Source: Alphaproteobacteria bacterium (GTDB lineage Bacteria > Pseudomonadota > Alphaproteobacteria > RF32 > CAG-239). From it: 64,000 nt of DNA. The notes under the pieces are model-generated. The model searched no databases. It was not told where the DNA came from and was given only the letters and a program-made list of their open reading frames with translations. Every line of letters begins with the position of its first letter. Position 1 is the first letter of the stretch. Where the stretch lies: NCBI GenBank assembly GCA_017528205.1, contig JAFXPE010000032.1, positions 225,517-289,516 of the forward strand, in the 5' to 3' direction. Positions 1 through 8,942 of this stretch are shown here, piece by piece. The position numbers were made by a program, and so were the translations under genes.

Positions 1-1811
1 ATACCAGTATTTCCCAAAATAGCGTGATGCGGTGCAAAATAAAAAGAAATGTTATTTTGTTTCAAGTATTCTTTCAATTTTGAGTTATGTATCAATTTTA
101 ATAATTTTTGCTTGTATTGCGATTGGTTGAACTGGATTTGATTCATTCTTCGCCATGTCAACATCAAAAGAATACTTTTCTTTTTTAATTTTGGCGTTTT
201 TTTCAATAAATCCCAACGAGGTAAACCAACTTTAATCAATTTTTCTGCAGGAAAATCGTATTTTTTAAAGAGATTTTCTTCCCTGTCCGAGCATACGAGA
301 AATTTATCAAACTTTTCCGGATAAAGATAACCGTTATACAATACACTCTCTTTCATAAAAATTGTGCCGTGTTGCAAAAAAACATACGTCCACGACGGAT
401 GCCGTTTGAAAAATAAGTCAGCTGTTCCGGAATTTTCGCCGAATGAGGTTAAAACACATTTTGTTCTATATAAAATTTGGTGTATTTTTTGCATAAATTC
501 ATTGGGGTGAGTGCGGGTAGAAAAGTTCAGAACAATCACATTTTCCAACTTATTTTCGGCAGCTAATTTTTGGTATAGTGCAGTTTGCTTGCGCACAACA
601 TAATACGCAGAAATACCTTTTTCTCTCATTTTTTCAAAAAGTGAATACGCATCAATTGCTTCAACGGTTACATCATGCAAACAATCAAATAATAAATAGG
701 TGTCTTTCGGATATTTTTTATAGTTTTTGCGAACCAAGTTTATATAATGCTGCTCTGCGCCCAAACGCCCACAACGGCGCTTGATTTTTATTTTCAGCTT
801 GAATATCTTAAATACATAATGTCGAGGTTGTTTAGAAATAGAAATACATTTGCTTAAAATGTTTTTAATCTTGTCTTTGAAACGAATTTTTAAATATCTT
901 TTCATTTCGGCGTATTCTTTTGCAGTTAAAAATTCCTTTGCTTTTTTTATCAGTTTCTTTCTGTTTTCTACCGAAAAACCCATGTAAATCCAAGAAAAGT
1001 TCATCACTTTCAGATAATGTAAATTTAATTCTAATCTTGATAATAAATTTTGTTCTGATAAGAATTTAGCTAATTCATTGGCAACAGCACAAAAATCTAG
1101 ATATCTTTCATCATATGAACGGACAATTGAAGTTTTGCGTAAACGATAAATATATCCGGCATAATCAAGATAAGAAACAGCTTGAGCTAATATATGACTT
1201 TTCATAATAAAAGGACAGTCTTCATAACACATATTATCAGAAAATCGAATATTATTCCTTTGCAAAAATTCGCGGCGATAGATTCTGTTTACGGAATAAC
1301 ACGGCGAAACCAGTAATGTATCCAATAATGTATCACGGTCAATATTTTCCCTTGAAGGAATATCAACCGGTTCAGCCTTGATATATTTTACGGCTTTTGT
1401 AAAAAAATGCTGCGGAATAATACGATTAGTCCATTCTTGATACTTTACATAATCGCAAATAACAATATCCGAATCCAAGTTCTTTGCTTGATTATACATT
1501 TTTTCATACATATCTTCTTTAACCCAGTCATCTGGGTCAACAAAACCGATATATTCTCCGCTTGCTGCTAGCATGCCGTTGTTGCGAGCTATCCCCGGTC
1601 CGCAGTTTTCTTGGTCAATGACTTTGATGCGTTTATCCTTAAAAGCAAAAAAATTCAAAATAGCCAATGAATCATCGGTCGAGCCGTCGTTAATGCAGAT
1701 AATTTCTATATCTTTTAAGGTTTGAGCCAATAAGCTTTTTAAACACTTTCCTAAATAACCTTGCACATTATATACCGGAACAATTATACTTATTTTAGGT
1801 TTTGTCGTCAT
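1..1811 (-). CDS. Bifunctional glycosyltransferase (N-terminal GT2 domain fused to a C-terminal CDP-glycerol glycerophosphotransferase TagB/TagF-like domain). The C-terminus lies outside the window.
   Basis: Manual reverse-strand translation from the ATG at 1809-1811 gives MTTKPKISIIVPVYNVQGYLGKCLKSLLAQT...INDGSTDDS...VDPDDW, a GT2 signature. Downstream come ...HPSWTYVFLQHG...GLPRWDLL...ILLMLTWRR, matching the G-PR-D and PTWR motifs of Glyphos_transf. No in-frame stop down to position 1, which is why the gene is absent from the ORF track. Its ATG overlaps the stop of the upstream gene (tcat at 1808-1811). Confidence 0.6.
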   Translation of the reverse strand, partial: MTTKPKISIIVPVYNVQGYLGKCLKSLLAQTLKDIEIICINDGSTDDSLAILNFFAFKDKRIKVIDQENCGPGIARNNGMLAASGEYIGFVDPDDWVKEDMYEKMYNQAKNLDSDIVICDYVKYQEWTNRIIPQHFFTKAVKYIKAEPVDIPSRENIDRDTLLDTLLVSPCYSVNRIYRREFLQRNNIRFSDNMCYEDCPFIMKSHILAQAVSYLDYAGYIYRLRKTSIVRSYDERYLDFCAVANELAKFLSEQNLLSRLELNLHYLKVMNFSWIYMGFSVENRKKLIKKAKEFLTAKEYAEMKRYLKIRFKDKIKNILSKCISISKQPRHYVFKIFKLKIKIKRRCGRLGAEQHYINLVRKNYKKYPKDTYLLFDCLHDVTVEAIDAYSLFEKMREKGISAYYVVRKQTALYQKLAAENKLENVIVLNFSTRTHPNEFMQKIHQILYRTKCVLTSFGENSGTADLFFKRHPSWTYVFLQHGTIFMKESVLYNGYLYPEKFDKFLVCSDREENLFKKYDFPAEKLIKVGLPRWDLLKKTPKLKKKSILLMLTWRRMNQIQFNQSQYKQKLLKLIHNSKLKEYLKQNNISFYFAPHHAILGNTG

Positions 1812-2770
1812 TTTCTTCTCCTATTTCTGAACCAAATTTTCAAAATTCGCATTATAACTTTCAATGAAAGTTCATAATAATAAAAACATTCCGCTTGTCG
1901 CAGCTGATAAAGCATAGAAAGTAAAAAATCGTCGAGTACAGGCTGATTTTGCCGTTCATGATATACGGCATTTACCATATGCTTGATTGAAACTGAAATC
2001 CGCTTTTTACGCACCATCGGCCACAAATGTTTTCTTGTCTCGTCCGAAAAGTAGTGCCATACCGCCCGAATACCGATAATAAAATGCCCGACTTTGCTAA
2101 TATCAAATGTGCTGCGCATAGTTGATACATTGTCTGTGTTATAGGCATATAAACCGTAGGGAACTTCGGCATAAGCATCAATATCGGCAAATAGGCAGGT
2201 AATCCACGGCCAATCTTCAAAATAAATGCCCTTAATGAATTTACGGTTGCGAACTAAATCGGCACGATATAATTTATTCCACACAACCGAGCCGGATTCT
2301 TCATTTTGCAGAATATTCAACAATGCCGGTTTTTTAATAACATATTGTAAATTACTAATATCAATCGGATTCGCATCATAAATTTTTGTCTGTTTGGTTG
2401 CGACTACGGCGCATTCGGATTCTTTTAATACTCTGTATAAAATCTCTAAAGTCTGCGGATGAATAAAATCGTCAGAGTCCAAAAAATATACATATTTCCC
2501 TTTAACATTGCTTAACGCAACGTTTCGCGCTTCTGATTGCCCCATATTTTGCTGAAATATAACCTGAATACGACTATCTTCTGCGGCATATTGTTTCAAA
2601 ATCTCGCCGCTTAAATCAGTCGAACCGTCATCAACACATATAATCTCAAAGTTTTGATATGTCTGCGCCAAAATGCTGTTTAAGCACTTTCGCAAATACG
2701 CCTCTGTGTTATATATCGGAATTATGACTGATATCTTATCTACCGATATACTATGTGCATTCCTTTTCAT
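1808..2770 (-). CDS. Family-2 glycosyltransferase
   Basis: The listed ORF carries an implausible 72-aa leader. The internal start MKRNAHSISVDKISVIIPIYNTEAYLRKCLNSILAQTYQNFEIICVDDGSTD...LDSDD shows a classic GT2 DxD fold. An RBS-like ggaag lies upstream of the ATG at 2768-2770. Confidence 0.7.
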   Translation of the reverse strand: MKRNAHSISVDKISVIIPIYNTEAYLRKCLNSILAQTYQNFEIICVDDGSTDLSGEILKQYAAEDSRIQVIFQQNMGQSEARNVALSNVKGKYVYFLDSDDFIHPQTLEILYRVLKESECAVVATKQTKIYDANPIDISNLQYVIKKPALLNILQNEESGSVVWNKLYRADLVRNRKFIKGIYFEDWPWITCLFADIDAYAEVPYGLYAYNTDNVSTMRSTFDISKVGHFIIGIRAVWHYFSDETRKHLWPMVRKKRISVSIKHMVNAVYHERQNQPVLDDFLLSMLYQLRQAECFYYYELSLKVIMRILKIWFRNRRRK

Positions 2771-3090
2771 CACAACTTCCTTTAGTTCAGGCCACAAACA
2801 AAAAAGCCGCTTAAAAAAGCGACTGGAAGTTGGTAACAATGTATAGATATTGTGCGACATATTAGCCATAACCGGCATACATCTCGCGAAAAATATATGT
2901 AGTTTTAAAACGGCGTATTTTGCCGCCTTCCAGTCATATACCTTATATACACGACCGGCAGACGCGCAAATATTACGTCTATGCATTTTTCTATACAGAG
3001 GCTACCACACCCCGAACAGGCCTCCCTGTCTATCAACATCATAAGACAGATATTTAAAAGTGTCTAGTAAAAATTAGCGGATATCAATAT

Positions 3091-3175
3091 AAACACCGAT
3101 TAAGCTATTTGAGTTTTGTAAAGCGCGGCGTATTCGCCGTCATACCCGACCTGTTCGGATATCTCCGGCAGAATA
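3091..3175 (-). pseudogene. Orphan 3' fragment of an ABC exporter gene (encodes ...LPEISEQVGYDGEYAALYKTQIA*)
   Basis: About 26 of 28 nt are identical to the 3' end of the intact ABC exporter gene at 6848-6875 (ttttataaagtgcggcgtattcgccgtc). The peptide matches that gene's C-terminus GEYAALYKTQIS. There is no start codon or upstream gene body. Confidence 0.3.
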
Positions 3176-3182
3176 AAACAAA

Positions 3183-3213
3183 AAACGCCACCGTTTGTAG
3201 ATGGCGTTTTTTG
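3183..3213. terminator. Bidirectional rho-independent terminator candidate
   Basis: aaaaacgccaCCGTTTGTAGAtggcgttttt forms a GC-rich stem (acgcca/tggcgt) flanked by A-run and T-run. It sits immediately 3' of the minus-strand ankyrin gene. Confidence 0.5.
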
Positions 3214-3223
3214 CGGCTGAAAA

Positions 3224-4327
3224 TTATCTTCCGCGGCCGGTTTGCACCACATGTTGCTGACCGTCACGGGTTGTGGTTACGGTGTATGTATCGATAACCG
3301 TTTTGTGATAGCGATGGCCGATACCGTAACCTTTGCGCCGACTTTTATGCACGACTTGCGTGCCGATTTCTTCCGGTACCAAATACTTTTCATGCGGCTC
3401 GCGCAACAATAGTTTTGCCTTAACCGTCGGATGCACGGCATAAGGATTGACCGCCGTGGTGTCTTTGCTGCCGTCTTCATTGGTGGTAATTTCCATACCG
3501 GCCGGAAATTCGTTGCCATAGCCGCCGATAATGTAAATTTGCTCGCCTTTTTCGTTTTGGTGAACATCTTTACCCATGTAAACGTAACCCAAAGCGGCAC
3601 GCATTTCCTTGACGTAGCTTTCGGCCAGTTGGTTATAAGTTTCTTTAACCTGATTCGCAAATTTATCCACTTCGGAATTGCCGCGTTGGCGCGAATTGTC
3701 GGTCGTCGGCTCGCCGAATTTGCGGGCAATCGTTTCCCATTCGGCATGGCCGCTGTTGAGTTTGGCTTTAAGTAAATCTACGGCGCTGATACCGCGTTTG
3801 TTTTCAATTTGGGTACGAATGCTCGACTCGCCCAACAAATACATGGCAACATCAAAGGCTTTTTGCGTGTCGGAACAATGCTCAATTGCGTTCATCAAGG
3901 CGGTGTTGCCAGATTTTTCACCCTGTGCGTTAACATCGGCGCCGTTTTCGAGCGCGGTTTTTACGCCTTCCAAATCGCCGCGTGCCGCCGCTTGCAACAA
4001 GGTTGCATCAACTTCACTTTGCATTTGCTTTAAGCTGTCGAGTGCTTGCTGATATTGCGTTAGGCGAAATTGATATTTTTCCCTAATCAGTTTGATTTTG
4101 GCAGAATCTGTGCGTCGCTCGGCATATTCCTGTTTTATGCACATATTTTCATAAGGCGAGGCCATAATCGAGTCTGCGGTCGGGTTACGTTTATGCACCA
4201 AATCTTTACCTTCCTGTTCCGGCGTTTTCAGCATTTCGTCACAGCTGGTCAAAGCCGAGCCGGCGGTAAACAATCCGCCCATAACAATGGCGGCTTGCAG
4301 CATTTTATTTTTCATTTCTTTTAACAT
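3224..4327 (-). CDS. Ankyrin-repeat lipoprotein
   Basis: The N-terminus MLKEMKNKMLQAAIVMGGLFTAGSALTSC has a signal peptide plus lipobox. The central region LLQAAARGDLEGVKTALENGADVNAQGEKSGNTALMNAIEH matches ANK repeats. An RBS gggaga lies 6 nt before the ATG. The C-terminal roughly 150 aa are unrecognised. Confidence 0.6.
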   Translation of the reverse strand: MLKEMKNKMLQAAIVMGGLFTAGSALTSCDEMLKTPEQEGKDLVHKRNPTADSIMASPYENMCIKQEYAERRTDSAKIKLIREKYQFRLTQYQQALDSLKQMQSEVDATLLQAAARGDLEGVKTALENGADVNAQGEKSGNTALMNAIEHCSDTQKAFDVAMYLLGESSIRTQIENKRGISAVDLLKAKLNSGHAEWETIARKFGEPTTDNSRQRGNSEVDKFANQVKETYNQLAESYVKEMRAALGYVYMGKDVHQNEKGEQIYIIGGYGNEFPAGMEITTNEDGSKDTTAVNPYAVHPTVKAKLLLREPHEKYLVPEEIGTQVVHKSRRKGYGIGHRYHKTVIDTYTVTTTRDGQQHVVQTGRGR

Positions 4328-4347
4328 GATTTTTCTCCCTTGCTTGT

Positions 4348-5334
4348 TTATTTATGTCCGCAAATCGTGTGTGAACGGGCTAAGTTTGTTGCCACCGTCA
4401 GATTTACGCTCGGATTTTGGCCGCGCGGTTTGCTTAATTCTACCGAGAATTGCAATCCGCCTTTGCCGACACCGCCGCGCACCGATAAGTCTCTGTCTTG
4501 GGTAATCACCGATTCGGCAATCGTTTTCCAGCCGCGGTTTAAGTCGTACCACGCCCGCGCTCCCAAGTTGCCGCAATGTTGCTTGGCGTCGTAATGTCCG
4601 AAGATTTTACCGCCGTAGGCCTTGCCGCGAATACCGATTGAGCCGAGCAATTGACGGTGTTCGTCGCCAATTCTGACGGCACCGGTCATATCCAGTTTAA
4701 CTCCGCTTTTTTCTAACAAGGTTACGCCGCATTTGGCCCAAAAGTCGGATTTTTTCAAATTCGGTATAACATAAAAGCCGTCGCCGGAATTACCGATTAT
4801 GCCGAGTTCAACGAACTCGCCACCTTTTTCGTAGCCGAATACAACACGGTTGCTGGCATTGCCGAAGCGCCCGATGTCATAGGCATCGGCATAATAACTC
4901 AAAGGCGAGTCAAAAACGGCTCCTGCCTCGGTGGCGGCACGTCCGGCCTTAAAGGTAATAACCGCGCCGTTGCCGAGTTGTTTGCCGAGTTCGGCCATAA
5001 ACTTAATGGTTAAAGAAGAAAAGGCTTCGTTGTTATAAATAATGCCTTCCTGTCCGGAAAGTTGTGCGTAGTCGCCTTTTTTATTTTCGATTCTGGCCAA
5101 AAACGACGGGGCAAAATCGTTGTAAAAGGTTGTTTTGCCGTCTTCGACGGTCAAACCAGATATATCTGCCGCGTCGAGTTTTAAGGTTATCCGCTCATTG
5201 TCGGCATCAGAATTTGTTTGCGCAGCCGGTTGCTCTTGCGCAGCCGCGGCCGTAGCGGTTAAAAGTAAGGTGTTAAGAACAAAGTTGCGTAAGTTAAAAT
5301 AGTCCATTACCTTACTGAAATTGTTGTTACTCAT
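4348..5334 (-). CDS. Secreted protein of unknown function; the intact member of a tandem paralogue family
   Basis: The N-terminus MSNNNFSKVMDYFNLRNFVLNTLLLTATAAAAQEQ carries a signal peptide. It is paralogous to 5376..6281 and 6387..6689 (shared ...GAENISALTVE..., YYAD..., FGY.KG..F.ELG.IG..GDGF.VIPN...FWA..G.TLLEKSG). Confidence 0.5.
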   Translation of the reverse strand: MSNNNFSKVMDYFNLRNFVLNTLLLTATAAAAQEQPAAQTNSDADNERITLKLDAADISGLTVEDGKTTFYNDFAPSFLARIENKKGDYAQLSGQEGIIYNNEAFSSLTIKFMAELGKQLGNGAVITFKAGRAATEAGAVFDSPLSYYADAYDIGRFGNASNRVVFGYEKGGEFVELGIIGNSGDGFYVIPNLKKSDFWAKCGVTLLEKSGVKLDMTGAVRIGDEHRQLLGSIGIRGKAYGGKIFGHYDAKQHCGNLGARAWYDLNRGWKTIAESVITQDRDLSVRGGVGKGGLQFSVELSKPRGQNPSVNLTVATNLARSHTICGHK

Positions 5335-5375
5335 TGTATTTCTCCTAATTTGTTAATGATAAAATTCTTCAATAA

Positions 5376-6281
5376 TTACTTGTTCGCAGTTTGAAAACGC
5401 GGCAAATTTGCGGCAACCGCCAAATTAACATAAGACGGTTGGTCTTTGGGTTTTCCGTATTCAACCGAAAATTGCACGCCGGATTTATCGGTATCGCCGC
5501 GAATATATAAATTGCAGTCCTGATTGAGTACCGATTTGGCAATCTCACTCCATCCGCGGTTAAAATCTTCCCAAGCGTGCAAACCGATATGGCTCTTGTT
5601 TGCGGCAAAATCATAGTTGCTAAAGCGCATGGCATCGATTCCGCTCTTTTCCAGCAAAGTTAAACCGCTTTGGGCCCAAAAATCGGCATATTTCGGATTA
5701 GGTATCACCAGAAAACCGTCGCCGTTTTTGCCGATGGCGCCCAGCTCAAAAAATTGGCGGCCTTTTTGGTAGCCGAAGACTAATCTTTCAGCGTTGTCTG
5801 CCGTTTTATAGGCGTTACGGGTATCGGCATAATATTCCAAAGCGTAATCAAACAGCTCGGTACCTTCGGTTTTTGGGCTTCTGGCCTTGAAAAAAATGTT
5901 TCCTCCTTTGCCGATTAACCTGCCGAGTTCCGACATAAATCTGGATGTTAAGATGCTGAAATTTTTATCTTCCAAAATTAAGACTTCCGTCGCTTTAAGT
6001 TGCGCATAATCGTCACGCTCGTTTTCGGCGCGTGCGGTTTTATTAGGTCTTAAGTTGTTGTAAAACACGGTTTTATCCTACTCAACGGTCAACGCCGAGA
6101 TGTTTTCTGCGCCAAGCGTCAAAGTCAGCTTGTCCGAACGGACGTCAAAATTGTGTTGCGGAACGTTTTGTTCCTGAGCAAAAGCCGCGGTTGTCGCGGT
6201 CAGCAATAAAGTTTTCAAAACAAGTTTGCATAAATAAAAATTTTTAGTTTCCTGCGTACAGGGGTGGGGGTCATCACTCAT
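5376..6281 (-). pseudogene. Paralogue of 4348..5334, interrupted by an in-frame TAG stop at 6075-6077
   Basis: ORFs 6078..6281 and 5376..6068 are in the same frame and are separated by a single TAG (…LTVE*DKTVFYNN…). Together they align with the full length of the intact paralogue. Confidence 0.5.
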
Positions 6282-6386
6282 TTTTTCCTCCTAATCTTTG
6301 AATGACAATTGTTACCAAAAAAACAATCCGTATCTGAATAATTATGCTTCATCAGTGATCGGAAGCGCACGAAAGGCGTGCGAATT

Positions 6387-6689
6387 TCAATGTAATGAAA
6401 CTCGGTTGGTTTGAAGTATTCTTCCCCCGATGGCCGTGCGTAATCGTTGCGCCCTGTTATTAGGCACAATCAGATACGGTCTTAAATCATCAGAAATGGT
6501 AATTTTGTTTTGATTAAGAGTAAAAGCGGCAATATTTTCCGCACCAAGAATTAAAATCGATGAATGTTTTATATCATCTGAAATAATTTGCGAAACTTTT
6601 TGTTCCTGTAATTGAACCGCAGAAGCGGTCAGTGTTGAAATTTTGCGAATGAAACTCGTCACCTTACAGGGGTGGGGGTCATCACTCAT
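6387..6689 (-). pseudogene. Truncated N-terminal remnant of the same paralogue family
   Basis: It starts with the same MSDDPHPC leader and the same 5' DNA (ggagg-T-run-atgagtgatgacccccacccctgt) as the gene at 6281. Similarity to the family stops after about 60 aa. Confidence 0.4.
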
Positions 6690-6721
6690 TTTTTTCCTCC
6701 ATAGTTGTTAATGACAAGTTC

Positions 6722-6750
6722 AGTATATTATAATTTTGTAAATTTGTCAA
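6722..6750 (-). promoter_or_regulatory. Sigma70-like promoter (TTGACA-17-TATACT) reading toward the remnant gene at 6689
   Basis: The reverse complement of 6722-6750 is TTGACAaatttacaaaattataaTATACT. Confidence 0.4.
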
Positions 6751-6839
6751 TATATGTACGAAAAAAATATTTTTTGTCACATAACACGTGCAAAATATCA
6801 AATTCTATCAAAGGGTTAGAAACATAAAAAAGTTGTTGA

Positions 6840-8786
6840 TTAACTGATTTGTGTTTTATAAAGTGCGGCGTATTCGCCGTCTTTCGCCAATAGTTCTTCG
6901 TGAGTGCCGCGCTCTACAATTTCGCCGTTGTTCAAAACCACGATGCAATCGGCGTTTTTAACGGTAGAAAGTCGGTGCGCAATAATCAACACCGTGCGGT
7001 CTTTCATCAAGTTATCGATAGCCTGTTGCACGATTTTTTCGGATTTGTTATCCAGAGCCGAAGTCGCTTCGTCCAAAATCAAAATCGGCGCATCTTTCAC
7101 AAAAGCACGGGCAATGGCAATTCGCTGTTTTTGCCCGCCCGAAACCAAAACTCCGCGCTCGCCGATTTGGGTATCCAGCCCGTCGTCAAGCGAGGCGATA
7201 AACTCGTCCAAACACGCCGCTTTGAGAATTTTTTGCAGCTGTTTTTCCGATACATCTTTTCGACCCAACAGAATGTTGTCGCGAATGGTGCCGCCAAACA
7301 AAAAATTATCCTGAAAAACAATGGCAATATTGTCGCGCAAGCTTTGCAATTCAATGTCTTTAATATTGATGCCGTCAATTTTAATTTGTCCCTTTTTAAT
7401 GTCATAAAAACGCGGCAACAAAGTGGATATGGTCGATTTTCCGCCGCCGGAATTGCCCACTAAGGCAATGGTTTGTCCGGCTTTAATGTTTAAGTTTATG
7501 TTTTTCAGCACTTGCTTGTTTTTATCATAGGCGAAAGACACATCTTTGTAAGTTATGTTGCCTTTGCAATTTTCAAGCACCTTTGCGTCCGGTTTGGATT
7601 TTATTTTTTGCGGTGCTTGCAACTGTGTTATAATGCGATCCACGGCGATAAAAGACATAACAATCGAGCTGGCGTTGTTGCCGATTGATTTAATCGGGTT
7701 GTACAGCATCACCAGCGAAGTAATAAACGAAGCAAAATTACCGACGGTGATTTGCTGGCTGACAATCAAATAACTGCCGTACCAAATTACGAAGGCGATG
7801 CCCAGCGAAGAAATAGTGTGCATCGACGGCGAAATTATGCCGGTTTTTTTGGTCATACGAATCATAATGTCAAATACATCGTTGACGGTGCTGGAAAATT
7901 TTTGTTTGCAATAATCCGGCAAATTATAGGCGGCGATAATGCGGTTGCCGCTGAAAGCTTCGTTATAATCTTTCATCAACTTGGTCATAACGCTGACATT
8001 TTGATTTACCGCCGATTTTAAACGTTTGCGCACTCTTGTCAGCGGCATTAAGGCACCAAACAATACAATAACCGCCACAATTGCCAATTGCCATGAATTA
8101 TAAAACAATACAACCAACAGCGACAATGAGGAGAATAAGCGCGTAGAAAATAGGCGTATACTGTTTAATAAGCCCCCACAAGCTATTTCGGCATCAGTAT
8201 TAAAACGCATCTGTACATATCCGGAATCGCGCTTGTCAAAAAAACTGGCATCTTTGTGCAGTAACTTATTAAACAACTGCTGCTTAACATTCAAAGAAAT
8301 TTTATCGCCCACCCAAGTGTTCAAATAGGTTGCCGTATAAGTAAAAAGTGCCTGCAAAATGCTGAAAGCGATAATCATCAGCGGAATATACATGGTCCAA
8401 CCGGTTTGTTTTTCAACCAAAACCACGTCCATAAACGGCTTTAATGACCAAGCGATAACCGCGTCCATCGAACCGATCGGAATGGTGATTAAAATTGCCA
8501 ACAACAGTCGGCCCCAATAAGGCTTGATGAAAGGCCACATCTTTTTGTAACTGTCCAAAGACTTGATGTTCATTTGCGGTTTGTGCCGGCTGAACCATAA
8601 AAACAGCGGTGCCCCGATTAACCAAGTCAGCACATACAAACCGGCAATCAGCGAAAAACGGTTGATTTCCCACGATTCGCCTTCAAGCGGCAAGGTATCG
8701 CTTTGCCAAAACGGATAGGTGGCGCACAAAATACCGGCTAAACCGAACAAAAACGAGGATATGGCGTTAAAAATCTTCATAAACAT
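6840..8786 (-). CDS. ABC exporter, fused permease and ATPase (MsbA/ABCB type), with an extra N-terminal hydrophobic extension of about 70 aa
   Basis: Walker A is GNSGGGKST, the signature is LSGGQKQRIAIARAF, and Walker B is ILILDEATSALD. A 6-TM exporter core begins around MNIKSLDSYKKMWPFIKPYW. The RBS aaagga lies before the first ATG. Confidence 0.8.
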   Translation of the reverse strand: MFMKIFNAISSFLFGLAGILCATYPFWQSDTLPLEGESWEINRFSLIAGLYVLTWLIGAPLFLWFSRHKPQMNIKSLDSYKKMWPFIKPYWGRLLLAILITIPIGSMDAVIAWSLKPFMDVVLVEKQTGWTMYIPLMIIAFSILQALFTYTATYLNTWVGDKISLNVKQQLFNKLLHKDASFFDKRDSGYVQMRFNTDAEIACGGLLNSIRLFSTRLFSSLSLLVVLFYNSWQLAIVAVIVLFGALMPLTRVRKRLKSAVNQNVSVMTKLMKDYNEAFSGNRIIAAYNLPDYCKQKFSSTVNDVFDIMIRMTKKTGIISPSMHTISSLGIAFVIWYGSYLIVSQQITVGNFASFITSLVMLYNPIKSIGNNASSIVMSFIAVDRIITQLQAPQKIKSKPDAKVLENCKGNITYKDVSFAYDKNKQVLKNINLNIKAGQTIALVGNSGGGKSTISTLLPRFYDIKKGQIKIDGINIKDIELQSLRDNIAIVFQDNFLFGGTIRDNILLGRKDVSEKQLQKILKAACLDEFIASLDDGLDTQIGERGVLVSGGQKQRIAIARAFVKDAPILILDEATSALDNKSEKIVQQAIDNLMKDRTVLIIAHRLSTVKNADCIVVLNNGEIVERGTHEELLAKDGEYAALYKTQIS

Positions 8787-8942
8787 CCTTTCATATCGGC
8801 AAACAATATAAAATATTTTTTTGCGTATGACAATAAAATATTTATTATTTATCGGCGCTTGGCGAAAGCTTGAATTTTTTATGGAAATTTAAAATAAATA
8901 CGATATATTGGTATACAGCTTAATCAATAAAAGGAGAGTAAA

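Noticed and set aside
578-784. The 68-aa plus-strand ORF
   Set aside because: It is embedded antisense in the continuous minus-strand glycosyltransferase reading frame.
1808-2986. The full 392-aa form of the GT2 ORF
   Set aside because: The first 72 codons are Cys/Arg-rich junk with no RBS. A GT2 N-terminus with an upstream RBS starts at the internal Met (ATG 2768-2770).
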